Below, in pieces: positions 1 to 12,269 of a DNA stretch of 64,000 bases. The stretch's first letter is position 1. Every line of letters starts with the position of its first letter. The stretch spans positions 125,798,001-125,862,000 of the forward strand of contig NC_043001.1 of NCBI RefSeq assembly GCF_006345805.1. The letters run 5' to 3'. This DNA comes from Octopus sinensis (Eukaryota). Under the pieces are notes generated by a model. That model searched no databases. It was not told the DNA's origin and saw nothing but the letters and a program-made list of their open reading frames with translations. Both the position numbers and the translations under genes were made by a program.

Positions 1-87
1 TAGGTTAGATCTTAAAATGTTGGATATCTAAGATAACAAATCGCAATATGTAATCAGATGTGCTTCATTACAGACCTATCCAACCCA

Positions 88-459
88 ATGGCCCAGTGGT
101 TAGGGCAGTGGACTCGTGGTCATAGGATCGCGGTTTCGATTCCCAGACCGGGCGTTGTGAGTGTTTATTGAGCGAAAACACCTAAAGCTCCACGAGGCTC
201 CGGCAGGGATGGTGGTGATCCCTGCTGTACTCTTTCACCACAACTTTCTCTCACGCTTACTTCCTGTTTCTGTTGTACCTGTTTTTCAAAGGGCCGGCCT
301 TGTCACTCTTTGTGTCACACTGAATATCCCCGAGAACTACGTTAAGGGTACACATGTCTGTGGAGTGCTCAGCCACTTACACGTTAATTTAACGAGCAGG
401 CTGTTCCGTTGATCGGATCAACTGGAACCCTCGTCGTCGTAACCGACGGAGTGCTCCTA
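88..459 (+). mobile_element. tRNA-derived SINE family A, long tail
   Basis: A/B-box head TGGCCCAGTGG...GGTTTCGATTCC. 12-bp TSD CTATCCAACCCA (76-87 and 460-471). Confidence 0.88.
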
Positions 460-651
460 CTATCCAACCCATACCACCACCCTAGAAAAACAAACATTTC
501 AGATACGCAAATGATAATGAAAATGACAACAGCAGTGAGGTTAGATATAACAAACATGAAAATAATGTTGATGGAAAGAATGGGTGATGATAAACATGAC
601 AGTGAATTTTCCAAATATGTAATTATAACTGTGCTGTTGGTTGTTTTCCAG

Positions 652-741
652 CTATTTAATGGAAGCTTCATGAACATTCTCCAGCGCTCAAAACAGTCTG
701 TAGTGGCATTACAACAACGATTAGAATACTTCTTTGCAAGG
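652..741 (+). CDS. CCZ1: CCZ1 exon (first in window; gene starts upstream), LFNGSFMNILQRSKQSVVALQQRLEYFFAR
   Basis: ttccag acceptor and gtaggt donor, phase 0-0. Resembles vertebrate CCZ1 LFNGTF...LKERLEKFFHR from memory. Confidence 0.85.
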
Positions 742-1069
742 GTAGGTATCATTTTGTATTTATTCCAGCATCTTTATTTTTACCTTTTCTGTTTTTTGTC
801 TCTCTCACCATTCGTCCTCTTACAAATCTACAAGGATGTAGTACTATGGTTGTTAAGAACAGTGAAGCCATGCATTAGGAATAAAATTTCTGTCTGTGCC
901 TTCCTTCTTCCACACACACATTTTGAGAGAAAAAGATATCCATACAAATATATATATGCAATGTTAAAGCTTGTCTCTCCCTCACTATTTTATTATTTCC
1001 CATTGGATGAAATGTCCTTGGTTACATAGGGTTGGGTTAGGGTTATCGATCAACATCAATGGAAATTGT

Positions 1070-1398
1070 AGCTGTGATACCAGTGCCGATGGCACGTAAG
1101 AGAACCATCCAAATGTGGTCATTGCCAGTGCCGCCCCGACTGGCCTCCTTGCCGGTGGCATATAAAAAGCACCATCCGATCATGGCCGTTTGCCAGCCTC
1201 GTCTGGCACCTGTGCAGGTGGCACGTAAAAGGCACCCACTACACTCACGGAGTGGTTGGCGTTAGGAAGGGCATCCAGCTGTAGAAACACTGCCAGATCA
1301 GACTGGGCCTGATGAAGCCTTCTGGCTTCCCAGACCCCAGTTGAACCGTCCAACCCATGCTAGCATGGAAAGCGGACGTTAAACGATGATGATGATGA
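1070..1398 (+). mobile_element. Retroposon family B with (GAT)n tail, 5'-truncated (others about 6558-6680, 7310-7590, 7947-8270, 10967-11075, 12274-12790, 29855-29998, 43175-43315, 47425-47580, 57405-57830)
   Basis: Shared TGGTTGGCGTTAGGAAGGGCATCCAGC...CCATGCTAGCATGGAAAGCGGACGTTAAAC(GAT)n. Confidence 0.85.
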
Positions 1399-1811
1399 CA
1401 TACTTCTAATATCAGTCAATACAATAAATAGTAAAGGTTTTCTAGACACTCCAAGACAATGGTCATACAATCCATCTATACACGAAACCAATAAAAATGT
1501 CACAGATTATCTTGCACTTGCTTCTTGCATTCATGCACAAGACCTACTACCTACTAATCTCTTCAGTGTAGCTGCAAACTGCATTCGACTGCTTAAATGA
1601 TAAAAATAATAGAATGCATTCATGTTCATCATCAAATGAAAATAATAAAAAATTAACACTTTAAGTGATAACATTTGATACTGTGAATGATTTTTAATAC
1701 CTAGGTTAATCTGTGATGATCTCAATCAAGGTTTATATGTGATGATCACTTGGAAGTTAATGACACGATCAGCTTGCAGCAAAGTGGCCAATATTTGGAC
1801 ATCTAATTTAA

Positions 1812-2031
1812 CCCTTTAGCGTTCAAATTAATATGTCAGAAGTAATCCTTATTCATTTACATTTAAAAAAATTTATTTGATATTATCTTGTAGCTTCAAG
1901 ATTTGAAAGATGTAATTGTTTATTTTTAGAATGACATTGCAGGGTAGGTGTAAGATGCTGGTTCTGGCCAGTTTGAGCATAAAATGAGCAGAATATTCGG
2001 GCCGGATATAGCCGGTTTAAACACTAAAGGG
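1812..2031. mobile_element. piggyBac-type MITE (subfamily 1)
   Basis: TTAA target duplication with CCCTTTAG...CTAAAGGG TIRs. Relatives at 45231-45451, 49990-50456, 51095-51315 and 54945-55166. Confidence 0.8.
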
Positions 2032-2446
2032 TTAAACCAATCCTTAATTAATATCTTTTGTGCTTTCATTGAGCCATATCTCTTGTTTTCGGAAAACCCA
2101 CCCTACACTAAAATTTATTGGTTTTTATCACTTCCCTCACAAGCAGTGAGGCAACATAAAGTACAATCTACTGGGCCCTACTTAAGGGAAAAAGATGAGC
2201 CAGCATCATTATTTGTCCTTTGAAGATCTCAGGCAGTTGTTGAGAAAAGTCACAAGCCTTCCTATACAGAATTCATCACCAGATATTTTTGAGATATGAG
2301 GTCTGAGACTTTAGTTTGATAATGCAGGACTGTAAGCCCTGAGGAACAGTTGTGAGAGTAAAAATCTCAATCTCTATCAATTCTCTTGTTTTTTTTGTTT
2401 TTTTTTTCTCTTTTATTCATTTATCTTTCTTGTTTTTGTTTTGTAG

Positions 2447-2622
2447 TATTTACTTACTTTAAAACTATGTCAAAGTGACATCCTTGATGTTTTTGATGGA
2501 ATTCACTTTCTGCCTCTGAATAAGAACACCTATCTCCGCATGAAATGTTTCATAAACCAGGTGGAGGCCCAATTCCCAGAAATCAAATACACAGCATTCC
2601 TCTATAATGACCAGTTAGTGTG
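2447..2622 (+). CDS. CCZ1: CCZ1 exon, YLLTLKLCQSDILDVFDGIHFLPLNKNTYLRMKCFINQVEAQFPEIKYTAFLYNDQLVW
   Basis: ttgtag acceptor, gtaagt donor, 176 nt, phase 0-2. The KYTAFLYNDQL motif is typical of CCZ1. Confidence 0.93.
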
Positions 2623-3684
2623 GTAAGTAAGAGTTCATTTGTCTGACTCTGATTAAACTATCTCAGCATTTAGCACAAGGAGTTTCAGACTCATCGTTAC
2701 TTCTTAATTAGACAAAGCAGTCATAATCATGTACTTAGTGAATTCATTTTACAATAACATGATTCTGTCTGATCCCTCTAGACCAGTGCTTATCAAACTG
2801 GGGTCCATATAATGTCTTGTTGTTAGAATTTATCAGCCATAAAATTGGTTGTACTTCTAGAATACACAAAATATTTTTACAATCTTTTAATATGTTGAAA
2901 ATGTTGTAGAAGCCATTTGGATAATCTGTAGTTTTCTTAGATGCTGGACTTTATCCATTGCTCAATTTTTTCCACCCCTTCTCTCACCACTCTTGGAGCT
3001 TCTGCAAAAGATCTTAGGTACTTTTCCTTCTTCTCTGCTTAAACCATATTTATTTAAATGCATATTTGAATACGTTGAGTGTTTTCCTCACTTGTTATTT
3101 TCTGTATCATCCTATATATTTCAAAATGCTATATCTGCCACATGACTACAAAATATATTTATGTAGAAGCCAAGAGAGGGAACCTCTATATTGGTGGTTC
3201 TCGACATTACATCTATGAAGGATCCATTTTATTCAAATGGATTTTGTTCTTTATATACACCCCATCCTCTTGAAAGGTCTGTCAGCTCAACAAATTTTGA
3301 ACTCAGCTCGCAGACGCTTGTACTAGCTTTGTGAATCCCCAGAGGTCTGCAGACTCTTGCTTTGATGCACTTTGACCTGCTTCTAGAATGGCACTAAAGT
3401 TTTAGTAGAAGGTACTTACTGACAGTGTAAGGCAGTGTAATCAAATCTGAAACCATATGGTTACAAAGCAAGGTTGCATGGACACACCCATGCTTGCAGC
3501 TCATTAATCTTACATAAATACTGTTGTGACTTTTGGGATAGATGGACAGAATACAGTATGTTTCCATATTTTTTGTTCATTCCTACCATTCTGTATTACT
3601 TTTTTTTATGCTCTCCTATTTCCTTTTTATATTACATTTCACAATTTGATCAATGTAGTATTACATGTCCACCTTCTCACCCAG

Positions 3685-3837
3685 GAGCGGTCTTCAGCAA
3701 GACGACATGAGAATCATGTACCGGTACTTGATCACTGGGCTTTTCCCCAGTTTCTTGGAACAAAACCTAATATCCGAAAACATATCTCCAGTCAAACTAT
3801 CTGGGGTCACTGCAAGCTCACAGGTACATTATGGAAG
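3685..3837 (+). CDS. CCZ1: CCZ1 exon, SGLQQDDMRIMYRYLITGLFP...HYGR
   Basis: cccag acceptor, gtatgt donor, 153 nt, phase 2-2. Matches CCZ1 SGLEQDDMRILYKYL. Confidence 0.93.
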
Positions 3838-4290
3838 GTATGTCTGTAGTTTTGTTTTGTTTTTTTTTGGTTTTCCAGTTCTTGTTGTTGTTCTAATCCA
3901 TTATGTCTTTGAGTAAAACGGTTCCAGTTGTTGCCATCCTGTATCTTCACATGTATTTACGGTTACATTGTTAAATGTGTTGTTCTATTTCTTAAAAGGG
4001 TAGGATGTATTCTCGGGTAGATTTTGCTGTCATTTCTCACAGATCAAATGATCAAATAGAGGCTTCTCACCATTGGCTTGGTTGCTTCTGCAGTATTGTG
4101 TTATGGCAGTAGAATGTTAAAGGAAATCAAATAATTAGACACGTTGATGCAGGTATGGCTATGTGGTTATACAATTTACCTCACAATCAAGTGGTTCTGG
4201 ATTCAGTCACACTGAGTGGTACTTTAGACTAACATTATAACCTCTGTAACTTCAATTATAACCTCTAGTCAGCCAAAGCCTTCTGGGTGA

Positions 4291-4645
4291 ACATTATTTA
4301 CATTTGATGGATATTTGTCCTCATCTTGTTTGTTGTTAACACATTTCGGCTGATATACCCTCCAGACTTCATCAGGTGTCTTGGGGGCATATGGCGTAGT
4401 GGTTAAGAGCACGGGCTACTAACCTCAAGATTCCGAGTTCAATTCCAAGCAGTAATCTGAATAATAATAATAACAACATTGAAAAATACCTTAGGATTGA
4501 GAACCCAGGTTCAAAATTTTCCCAAGACACCTGATGAAGGCTGGAGGGTATATCAGCCAAAACGTTGTGTTATCAACAAACAAGATGAGGACAAATATCC
4601 ATCAAATGTAAATAATGTACATAATTCCTCATCCCTCAAATATAG
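4291..4645 (+). mobile_element. tRNA-headed non-autonomous Penelope-like element with hammerhead motif and 5' inverted arm (family H1, copy 1)
   Basis: A-box TGGCGTAGTGG and B-box GAGTTCAATTCC at about 4391-4447. Hammerhead-like 4526-4571. Inverted arm 4291-4385. 3' end CCTCATCCCTCAAATATAG is shared with the other copies. Confidence 0.75.
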
Positions 4646-6806
4646 TACTGCCTTGTAAGTGAATTTCATAAACAAACACTGAAACAAACCCTATTATATA
4701 TATGTGTGTATTTTTGTCTTGACATTTGCTCGCTAACTGTAAAACTAACTTCATCATACAAGTAGGGATGTTTGTTTGCAATATTTCATAAAAGCATGTC
4801 AAGAATACAGAAAATATTACCTTGATTGAAAATAGGTGAGGGTTGACAATAGGAAGAACCTCTGGCTGTAGAAAATATACATCAACAAATCTCATCTGAC
4901 CCATGTAAGCATGGAAAAATAGACATTAAATTATGGTTTTGTCATTCATGCAAGAGCAGTTATCTCATTGATGTAGTTTAACTAATGCTTTTCGTACCCA
5001 ATCACTCTTTCTCTTCTCACTTATGCCACCTCTTTCATGCAAATTTACATGACTCATTCAATCAATTATATTCGACGCATTTTGTTTCAATCTTTATTAG
5101 TCGTCTCTATTCAGTGTATGTTACATGCAGTTTGCCTTTTTTTTCACTAAGAGAGAAGCCCCTTGCTATTCGTCTCATTTTCAGCCCTATCATCTCTGGT
5201 GCTTGTGCCAGTATACTTTGTTGGGTGTAGAATCAAGCAGATCCTTTAGTCTTGTCGGACACATGCTTGCCTACCTAGTGCTGTGTCATCAAAAAATGTG
5301 CCCTGCACATTGTGTAAAGTGATCACAGTTAATAAGGGCAGAGCAGCAACCACTCATCCAACCCATGCCAGCAGGAAAAGTGGATTTAGAACGATAGTGG
5401 TGGAGGTGGTGACAGTGCCACTGCTGTCATTGCCCTAAGTTGCCAACAAAAATAACAACTCCCTTGGCTCCTCATCTTAATACAAGTTCTGTATACATCT
5501 AAAAAGATGTGATGGTCATGGCTGGAATGCCAACTTAAGAACCAGTGAGAAAGTTTCTACATGTTCAATTGACCCATTAGTACTGAGGAAGCCAAATCTG
5601 ACTTAAATGACATTCCTTCTTTACAAATAGGGTTAGACTGTTTTGGGTGACTGTGTAGTTGTATGCAGATACAGACACTTTCTCAGACAGCCCATCCTTT
5701 GACCCAAAGGAACATTGAGGATATGACAGTTCGAAGTATAGAGGGGGAAAGGGCTGCACTAGCACTCAGCTGATAACTCGTTTTTACCATGCAAGCCTTC
5801 CGGTGGATACTCAAGGGAGATAGAAACACAAGAGGTCAAGAACAATGTAGAGAAGGTCCACAGAAAGTGAAGATCTGGCAGGTGGCTACACCTGGGTACA
5901 ACTGCAATCCTTTGCCAAAGAACAAACCAGATGGAAATCTCTTATTGGCATCTTATGCACCGCATAAAGTGAAAGGTATTAAGAAGAAAAATAATTGAAG
6001 CAACATGGGATGAAGCACCTTGCTGAAGAACCCAATTCCCAACCTGGTCTGGAAAGCGAATCCACAACCTTATGAAATAATATAATATAATAATAATAAT
6101 AATAATAATGAAATTATTGTATACAGTGCTCAGGTGCACCACAACTTGTCAGAAAGTGCGTATAAAGTATATGCAGTAATGTACAAATGTCTGGAAAGTG
6201 AACAGTGTATGAGTCAGATACATGCTTGTGTGTGTATGGAGGGGAGAAAATCAGGTGTAGTGTTGGCGAATCTCAGGAAGCATGGAAGTTTTGAAGGATG
6301 CAGTGCTCCGACAACTAACAACTGATGCCGGCAGTTTGTTCCATGCTTCAGCAACTCTCAGCGTGAAAAAATTGTGATTGTGAGCCGAACATCCTAACCA
6401 CTAGACCATGTTGTCTGAATAAATAAAGATGAGCCAGTCATGGCTGGCACATATTTGATCAGAACTGACCTGGAGCTAACAACTGTACATCATATTACAG
6501 TTATATTTTGGTTTCTTATGAGTAGGATTCAAATCATCCAAACCCCTTTTCTAATTATCATCATCATCATCGTTTAGCGTCCGCTTTCCATGCTAGCATG
6601 GGTTGGACGGTTCAACTGGGGTCTGGGAAGCCAGAAGGCTGCACCAGGCCCAGTTTGATCTGGCAATGTTTCTATTATGTTGATGTTTATTTTGACAATC
6701 TAATTATGTTAAGCCCACTGCAGTGAAAATTGTTTCATACTAAAGTCTTCTCTCTATTTTCATAGTATTTTCTGATTGTTTTTCTGGGTTTTTTTTTTCA
6801 TTACAG

Positions 6807-6952
6807 GTTCATCACGGGGCCACCAGATATCAAAGATGAGAGCAATATGGGAAAGGTACCGCATGTTTATCTGAATACCGAAGAAGAAAATGAAGAATGC
6901 TACTTGCTTGTATATAGAGCACTAAGCGCTAGTATTTGCATGTTTATTAATG
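6807..6952 (+). CDS. CCZ1: CCZ1 exon, FITGPPDIKDESNMGKVPHVYLNTEEENEECYLLVYRALSASICMFIN
   Basis: ttacag acceptor, gtaagc donor, 146 nt, phase 2-1. Frame is continuous with neighbouring exons. Confidence 0.92.
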
Positions 6953-8950
6953 GTAAGCTATTTATTTATAATTCAAATGATAAATGATACAACGTTTGAA
7001 TATTAAATTCAGTACTGAAAGCTAACAAAATACTCTCATCAGAGTGTTTCTATTGTGTATCTTTCTATAAACTGGCTAGATCATTTGAAAGTTGGGTGTC
7101 TTTGTCTACAGATGTAACACACAGTCAGAAGCAGGATAGAAGCTGCCAATCTTGCAGATGATTTGCCCAGTTCCTTGTCAACTTCTTCATCTGCAACTCT
7201 AGCATAACCAATGTAGAAATTTTACAAATCATAGGGAAAATGTTGAGTAGTATGCAGGTTTATTAGTTAGAACTCATCAGATATTATTATTAGTTACTGC
7301 AGTTAATCATCATCATTCATCATCATCGTTTAGTGTCCGTTTTCCATGCTAGCATGGGTTGAACGGTTCTACTGGGGTCTGTGAAGCCAGAAGGCTTCAT
7401 CAGGCCCAGTCAAATCTGGCAGTGTTTCTACGGCTGGATGCCCTTCCTAACGCCAACCACTCCGTGAGTGTAGTGGGTGCTTTTTACGTGCCACCCGCAC
7501 AGGTGCCAGACAGAGCTGGCAAACGGCCACGAACGGATGGTGCTTTTTATGTGCCACCGGCACGAGGCCCAGTTGAGGCTGGCATTTGATTTTATATCAT
7601 TATTGACTTGTGGATTACTGTGCTTACACAAGTAATTAGGTATACTACTAGAGCAATGTGTTTAGAAGATGACTACCATACTTAATTGTTTGTGGTACAA
7701 TTCGTGTATATTTTTTCAAAATGTAATTTTTAATGGAATACATGCACCTGTTAAACTTTTTAACCATTTAAAAAAAAGTGTTTTTCTTAATTTTTTTTTT
7801 TTTTTACTATGTTTACTCAGCTGAAATTATGTATAACTTCAACTGCCTGGTTAGCTTGTTGAACCATAAAGTACATCCATGTGTAAAGATATCTACTTTA
7901 TTAATATACACATGTAAGGTGATCAGCTGGACGAATTGTTAACACATCATCATCATCATCGTTTAACGTCCGCTTTCCATGCTAGCATGGGTTTGGACGG
8001 TTCAACTGGGGTCTGGGAAGCCCGAAGGCTGCACCAGGCCAGTCAGATCTGGCAGTGTTTCTACAGCTGGATGCCCTTCCTAACGCCAACCACTCCATGA
8101 GTGTAGTGGGTGCTTTTTACGTGCCACCGACACAGGTGCCAGACGAGTCTGGCGAACGGCCACGAATCGGATGGTGCTTTTTATATGCCACCGGCACTGA
8201 GACCAGACGAAGCTGGCGAACGGCCACGCTCGGATGGTGCTTTTTACATGCCATAAGACAAAATGCTTAGCGTCATTTCATTCATCTTTACATACTGAGT
8301 TCAAATTCTGCCAAGGTTGACTTTGTCTTTCATTCTTTCAAGGTTGATAAAATAAGTACCAATTGTGCACTGGGGTTGATGTAATCAATTTACTCCTCCC
8401 CCACTAAATCAGCCCTTGTGCCTGTAATAGAAACTATGCATATGTGGGAATTTGATAAATGGAGGAATAGCTCAGAAAGGATTTTTAATAGATTACTTTC
8501 TTTTGTATCCACCTTGGGAAATGGATAGAATATTTCTATTCTTCGAGCTGCTGCAAATAAGATGTGTTCCATAATGCCATGTCAGGATTCTCTATCCCAC
8601 TCAGCTTTAGGTCCTCAGTTGCATGTTTTGTGTCTCTACTAACAATATCCATGTAGATGAGTGGTCTTCATCCTCTATTATGGTGATAAAGTCTCTAAAA
8701 TATAACATCTAATGTGGCTTCTTGATTAACATGAAAGCAGTGGCCAGTATAGTCTGTTATGCATTGAGCAACAGTGGAAAAGATGATTTGAATGAGATGT
8801 TTTCTTCAAGAGAAACCAGGTGTATGTACTATAAAGGTGATCTTGAACCTCTTTCTTCATAGTCCAAGTTCCAGCTCCATGGAGGAGAATGTTCTTTCCA
8901 TACGTCTTGAAAAAAAGGCCAGCTTTTTTTGATTTTGAAACACTTTATTA

Positions 8951-9296
8951 CTAGACTAGCACTATGACCCAGCAATGCCGGGTCATAGTGCTAGTGCATG
9001 CATATACAGCTGCGTGCACACATACATGTGAGTACTGTCCAAATGCTAGCTGGCATTCAATTGGCATATCAAGTTTCAGGCATTTTGATTGGGTTTTGGA
9101 TAGAAAATTCACAAACATGTCACTTCTATTGATTTTTTAATGGCTTTGCGGGGTGACTGGGGAAATGTAAAGATGTGCACGACCACCCTTGTACGGTTTT
9201 GAATGACCACAGAAAGTGCGAGCCCTCTAACTGAAAAACTATGGATTTGTATAAAGGACACACACACAGACATTTTGCCGTTTATATATAGAGAGA
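8951..9296 (-). mobile_element. Non-autonomous Helitron, second family
   Basis: 5' TC at 9296-9295, long terminal hairpin CTAGCACTATGACCC...GGGTCATAGTGCTAG, CTAG|T end. Confidence 0.65.
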
Positions 9297-9744
9297 TATT
9301 TTGAAAATTTGGACATTTATATATTCTTTAAAAAAAGGCGGGGGGGGGGATTTACTTTTAGACTTGCTTGAGGTTAATCATTCAATCATAAAATAGAAGT
9401 AGAATCTGTTGTCAGTCAAAAGGACTGTGGCTGATGGACATATATTTCACTTTCCTTTGGAGAAGACTCAGCATAATGGCTATTGTATGGTTTGAACAAT
9501 GATAATGTGGTCAATTGGTACACGGCATCAAAATCTCTGTCTCATTGAGATTTTATCTCACTCTAGCAGAAAAATGGAAATTCTTAAAGGGAAGAATATC
9601 AGTCTGTGTATTTGTAGGTGTATAGCATGTACCTGTTTAAATATTGAGTATTTTATAAAAAGACATGCTTATAGATTGTGCATTTTTAATCATTCTAATT
9701 TGGCATAAAAATAAACATTGTATAACAATTATTATTTTATGCAG

Positions 9745-9856
9745 TCAACACACCACTGACCTTTCAGACGTGTAAGAAAATTGATGCATTCCTGGGACAA
9801 ACTTTAACAACACTTGCTTCCGATATTGCTGAACAGTATTCAAAAAAGTCATTAAG
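9745..9856 (+). CDS. CCZ1: CCZ1 exon, VNTPLTFQTCKKIDAFLGQTLTTLASDIAEQYSKKSLS
   Basis: atgcag acceptor, gtaaaa donor, 112 nt, phase 1-2. LTxLASDIxEQ motif. Confidence 0.92.
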
Positions 9857-10018
9857 GTAAAACATTTAAATAAACACTCATTAAGTTAGTGTTAACATAT
9901 TTAATGCAGCATTAGAAAGTTAATTACAAGTAATATTGTAGTGGAGAATTCTTTTGCAAAATTCTTCACAGTCAAAGAAGCAGCACCCTGTCACCTTTGC
10001 ACTTCTAAATTATATTAA

Positions 10019-10233
10019 CCCTTTTGTCACCAACCCAGCTGAAACCGGCTCTGTAGTACAAATGTCTTGTTTTCATAAGTTTTGAATTAGAATCTTCCAC
10101 CAAACCTTAGTCATAATTTATGTTCCTAGCACTAGCTTAATGATAACTAAGTTATTTTACTAAATTCTTTGTTATATTTAAAGTAATTGAAAGAAACAAA
10201 GAGCATTTCAAAATAAATACAGTAATGAAAGGG
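10019..10233. mobile_element. piggyBac-type MITE (subfamily 2)
   Basis: TTAA-flanked CCCTTT...AAAGGG. Relatives at 21735-21948, 49227-49447 and 59584-59804. Confidence 0.8.
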
Positions 10234-11457
10234 TTAAATTCCATTGTCCATCCTTAATAAACATTCTGAATCAATCTCATCTTGCTGACATTTAATCTTT
10301 AGAACAATAATTTCCAATGTGGGGTGTGGGATCCAAATTTTTTAAAGTTTTTATTTTTGCAGTGGGACATGGAATTGTGAAAATCTTTTTTTTTTTCATA
10401 GTCAATAATGTACTTTTTTTTTTGTACTTAGTAATTAATAAAAGAGTTACAAGTAAATTCTTTTGTATTAAATAATTGTGATAAAATATTTAAAATCAAG
10501 TTTATTTGTTTTTTTCCCCAACCATTAGTGGGCATACATTTTTCTGGAAAGTATGGCCTGGGGGAAAATAGATTGGAAAACACTGTTTTAGAACTTTTAT
10601 ATTATTTTAAGCCTATCATATTTCTGAATAAGTAATAATTTGATAAATACACACCCACTCTTTTTCCACCCATTTATTTATATATTTCTCATTCATTGTT
10701 ATATAAGTTGCAGATTATTATCACTAATGAGTTTTGCTTTATTAATCATCATATCTTCCTTATTTTATAATATTATTTCAGAAAAACTTAACAATGGCAA
10801 CCAACAAACCTAGAACATTGATTATAAACCATTTCTGCCTCATTGTATTAAGTTAACTGTTTAAACCTAGATTTAATTCTTGTCCTTGTTACAATTTTCA
10901 ATTAATCATAAAACTTACACTCAAGACATGGTATCCACAGATCACATCAATAGTTACATGTCTGTCATCATCATCATCATCATTGTTTAACGTCCGTTCT
11001 CCATGCTAGCATGGGTTGGACGGTTTGACCGGGGATCTGGGAAGCCAGAAGGCTGCACCAGGCTCCGGTCTGTATGGGCAGTAATTCTTAAAATGAACTG
11101 ATGCAGGTTAGGGGAGGCTCTTTGATCTTTTCCACATAGGGGCAACTCTCTAGTACTGATACAATAACAGATGAACAAAACTAAAGTCAACGGGTTTATT
11201 TTGTGTGTACAAGAGAGCATGGAGCATGACAACCTGTCCAACACATGAATATGAAATGATGTTGGTGATAATGAGGAAAAAAGATGTTAGAAATTACTCA
11301 AATAATTAAATTATTATTAAGTACAGTAAAGAAAATGCAACATTGATCAATTTTTATAACATTACATATGAAGTGAAATCATTTTTTCCTTACCACATAA
11401 TTTTTTCTAATGAGATTTTTAATCATCACCGCACAAATATGTTAACACAATCACTCC

Positions 11458-11489
<32 letters not shown>

Positions 11490-11491
<2 letters not shown>

Positions 11492-11708
11492 GCCATGATA
11501 GATCGCTAGCCACTACACGTTCTTTATTTTCTCTCCTTGTTTCTTTCTGTGAAAGAGCATAGGCGCGAAATGTTAAAGACTTTCACTTCCCAAGTGTTAT
11601 ACTAATACGTCTGTTTGTTGTCTACACCACCTGTCTTCGTTTTTTGTTGTTTTTTTGTGAATTCTCCCCCCCCCCTATATATATAGACACACACACACAT
11701 TTACATTA

Positions 11709-11762
<54 letters not shown>

Positions 11763-11955
11763 AATGAGAAGGTTTACGAAAATAAACAAAAGACGAAGGC
11801 AGGTGGAGTACAAACAAACAAATGTATTAGTATAGCACTCAGGAATAGAAATAGAAAAAGTCTTTTACATTTCGAGCCTACGCTCTTCAACAGAAAGATA
11901 CACGGAAAAAAACAAGGAGAGAAAAAAAAATGCGTGTAGGAGCTAATGATCTATA
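11490..11955. mobile_element. Two diverged copies of a ~190-bp element (family H2) with variant hammerhead motif, tail-to-tail around a TA/CA/TC microsatellite
   Basis: + copy about 11490-11670 (motif 11542-11579) and - copy about 11765-11955 (motif 11898-11861: TCTTT-CTGTTGA-A-GAGC-GTAG-GCTC-GAAA-TGT-A-AAAGA). Confidence 0.6.
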
Positions 11956-12223
11956 TTTATCTATAGTATATTGAACTGCTATTGGGAGAATCAACAAAAA
12001 AATTATTCCATCCTGCAAAAATTTTTAAATGAATTACTATAAGTTTCATGCTCAGATAGTACAATGATCAAATGAGCTTTTATAGCTTGCCACGTACTAT
12101 CCTGTAATTTTTGAGCCTGAAAGATACAGCATAGTAAATGGCACACTTTACAACCTCATTCAATCATTGCCCTATTTGAATATGAAACTTATAGTAGCTC
12201 ATTTTTTAATCTTTGCTTATTAG

Positions 12224-12269
<46 letters not shown>

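Noticed and set aside
161-412. Recurring ORFs such as MFIERKHLKLHEAPAG..., MSSNARGTNT... and MLGGQTQT...
   Set aside because: They are translations of non-coding SINE copies and recur only because the SINEs recur.
409-1029. 206-aa ORF
   Set aside because: Only 652-741 is coding (a CCZ1 exon). The rest is intron and SINE sequence read through by chance.
1028-1045. Telomere-like GGGTTGGGTTAGGGTTA
   Set aside because: Too short to be an interstitial telomeric array.
4383-4455. tRNA gene
   Set aside because: A and B boxes are present but there is no complete acceptor stem or cloverleaf. It is the head of a repeat element.
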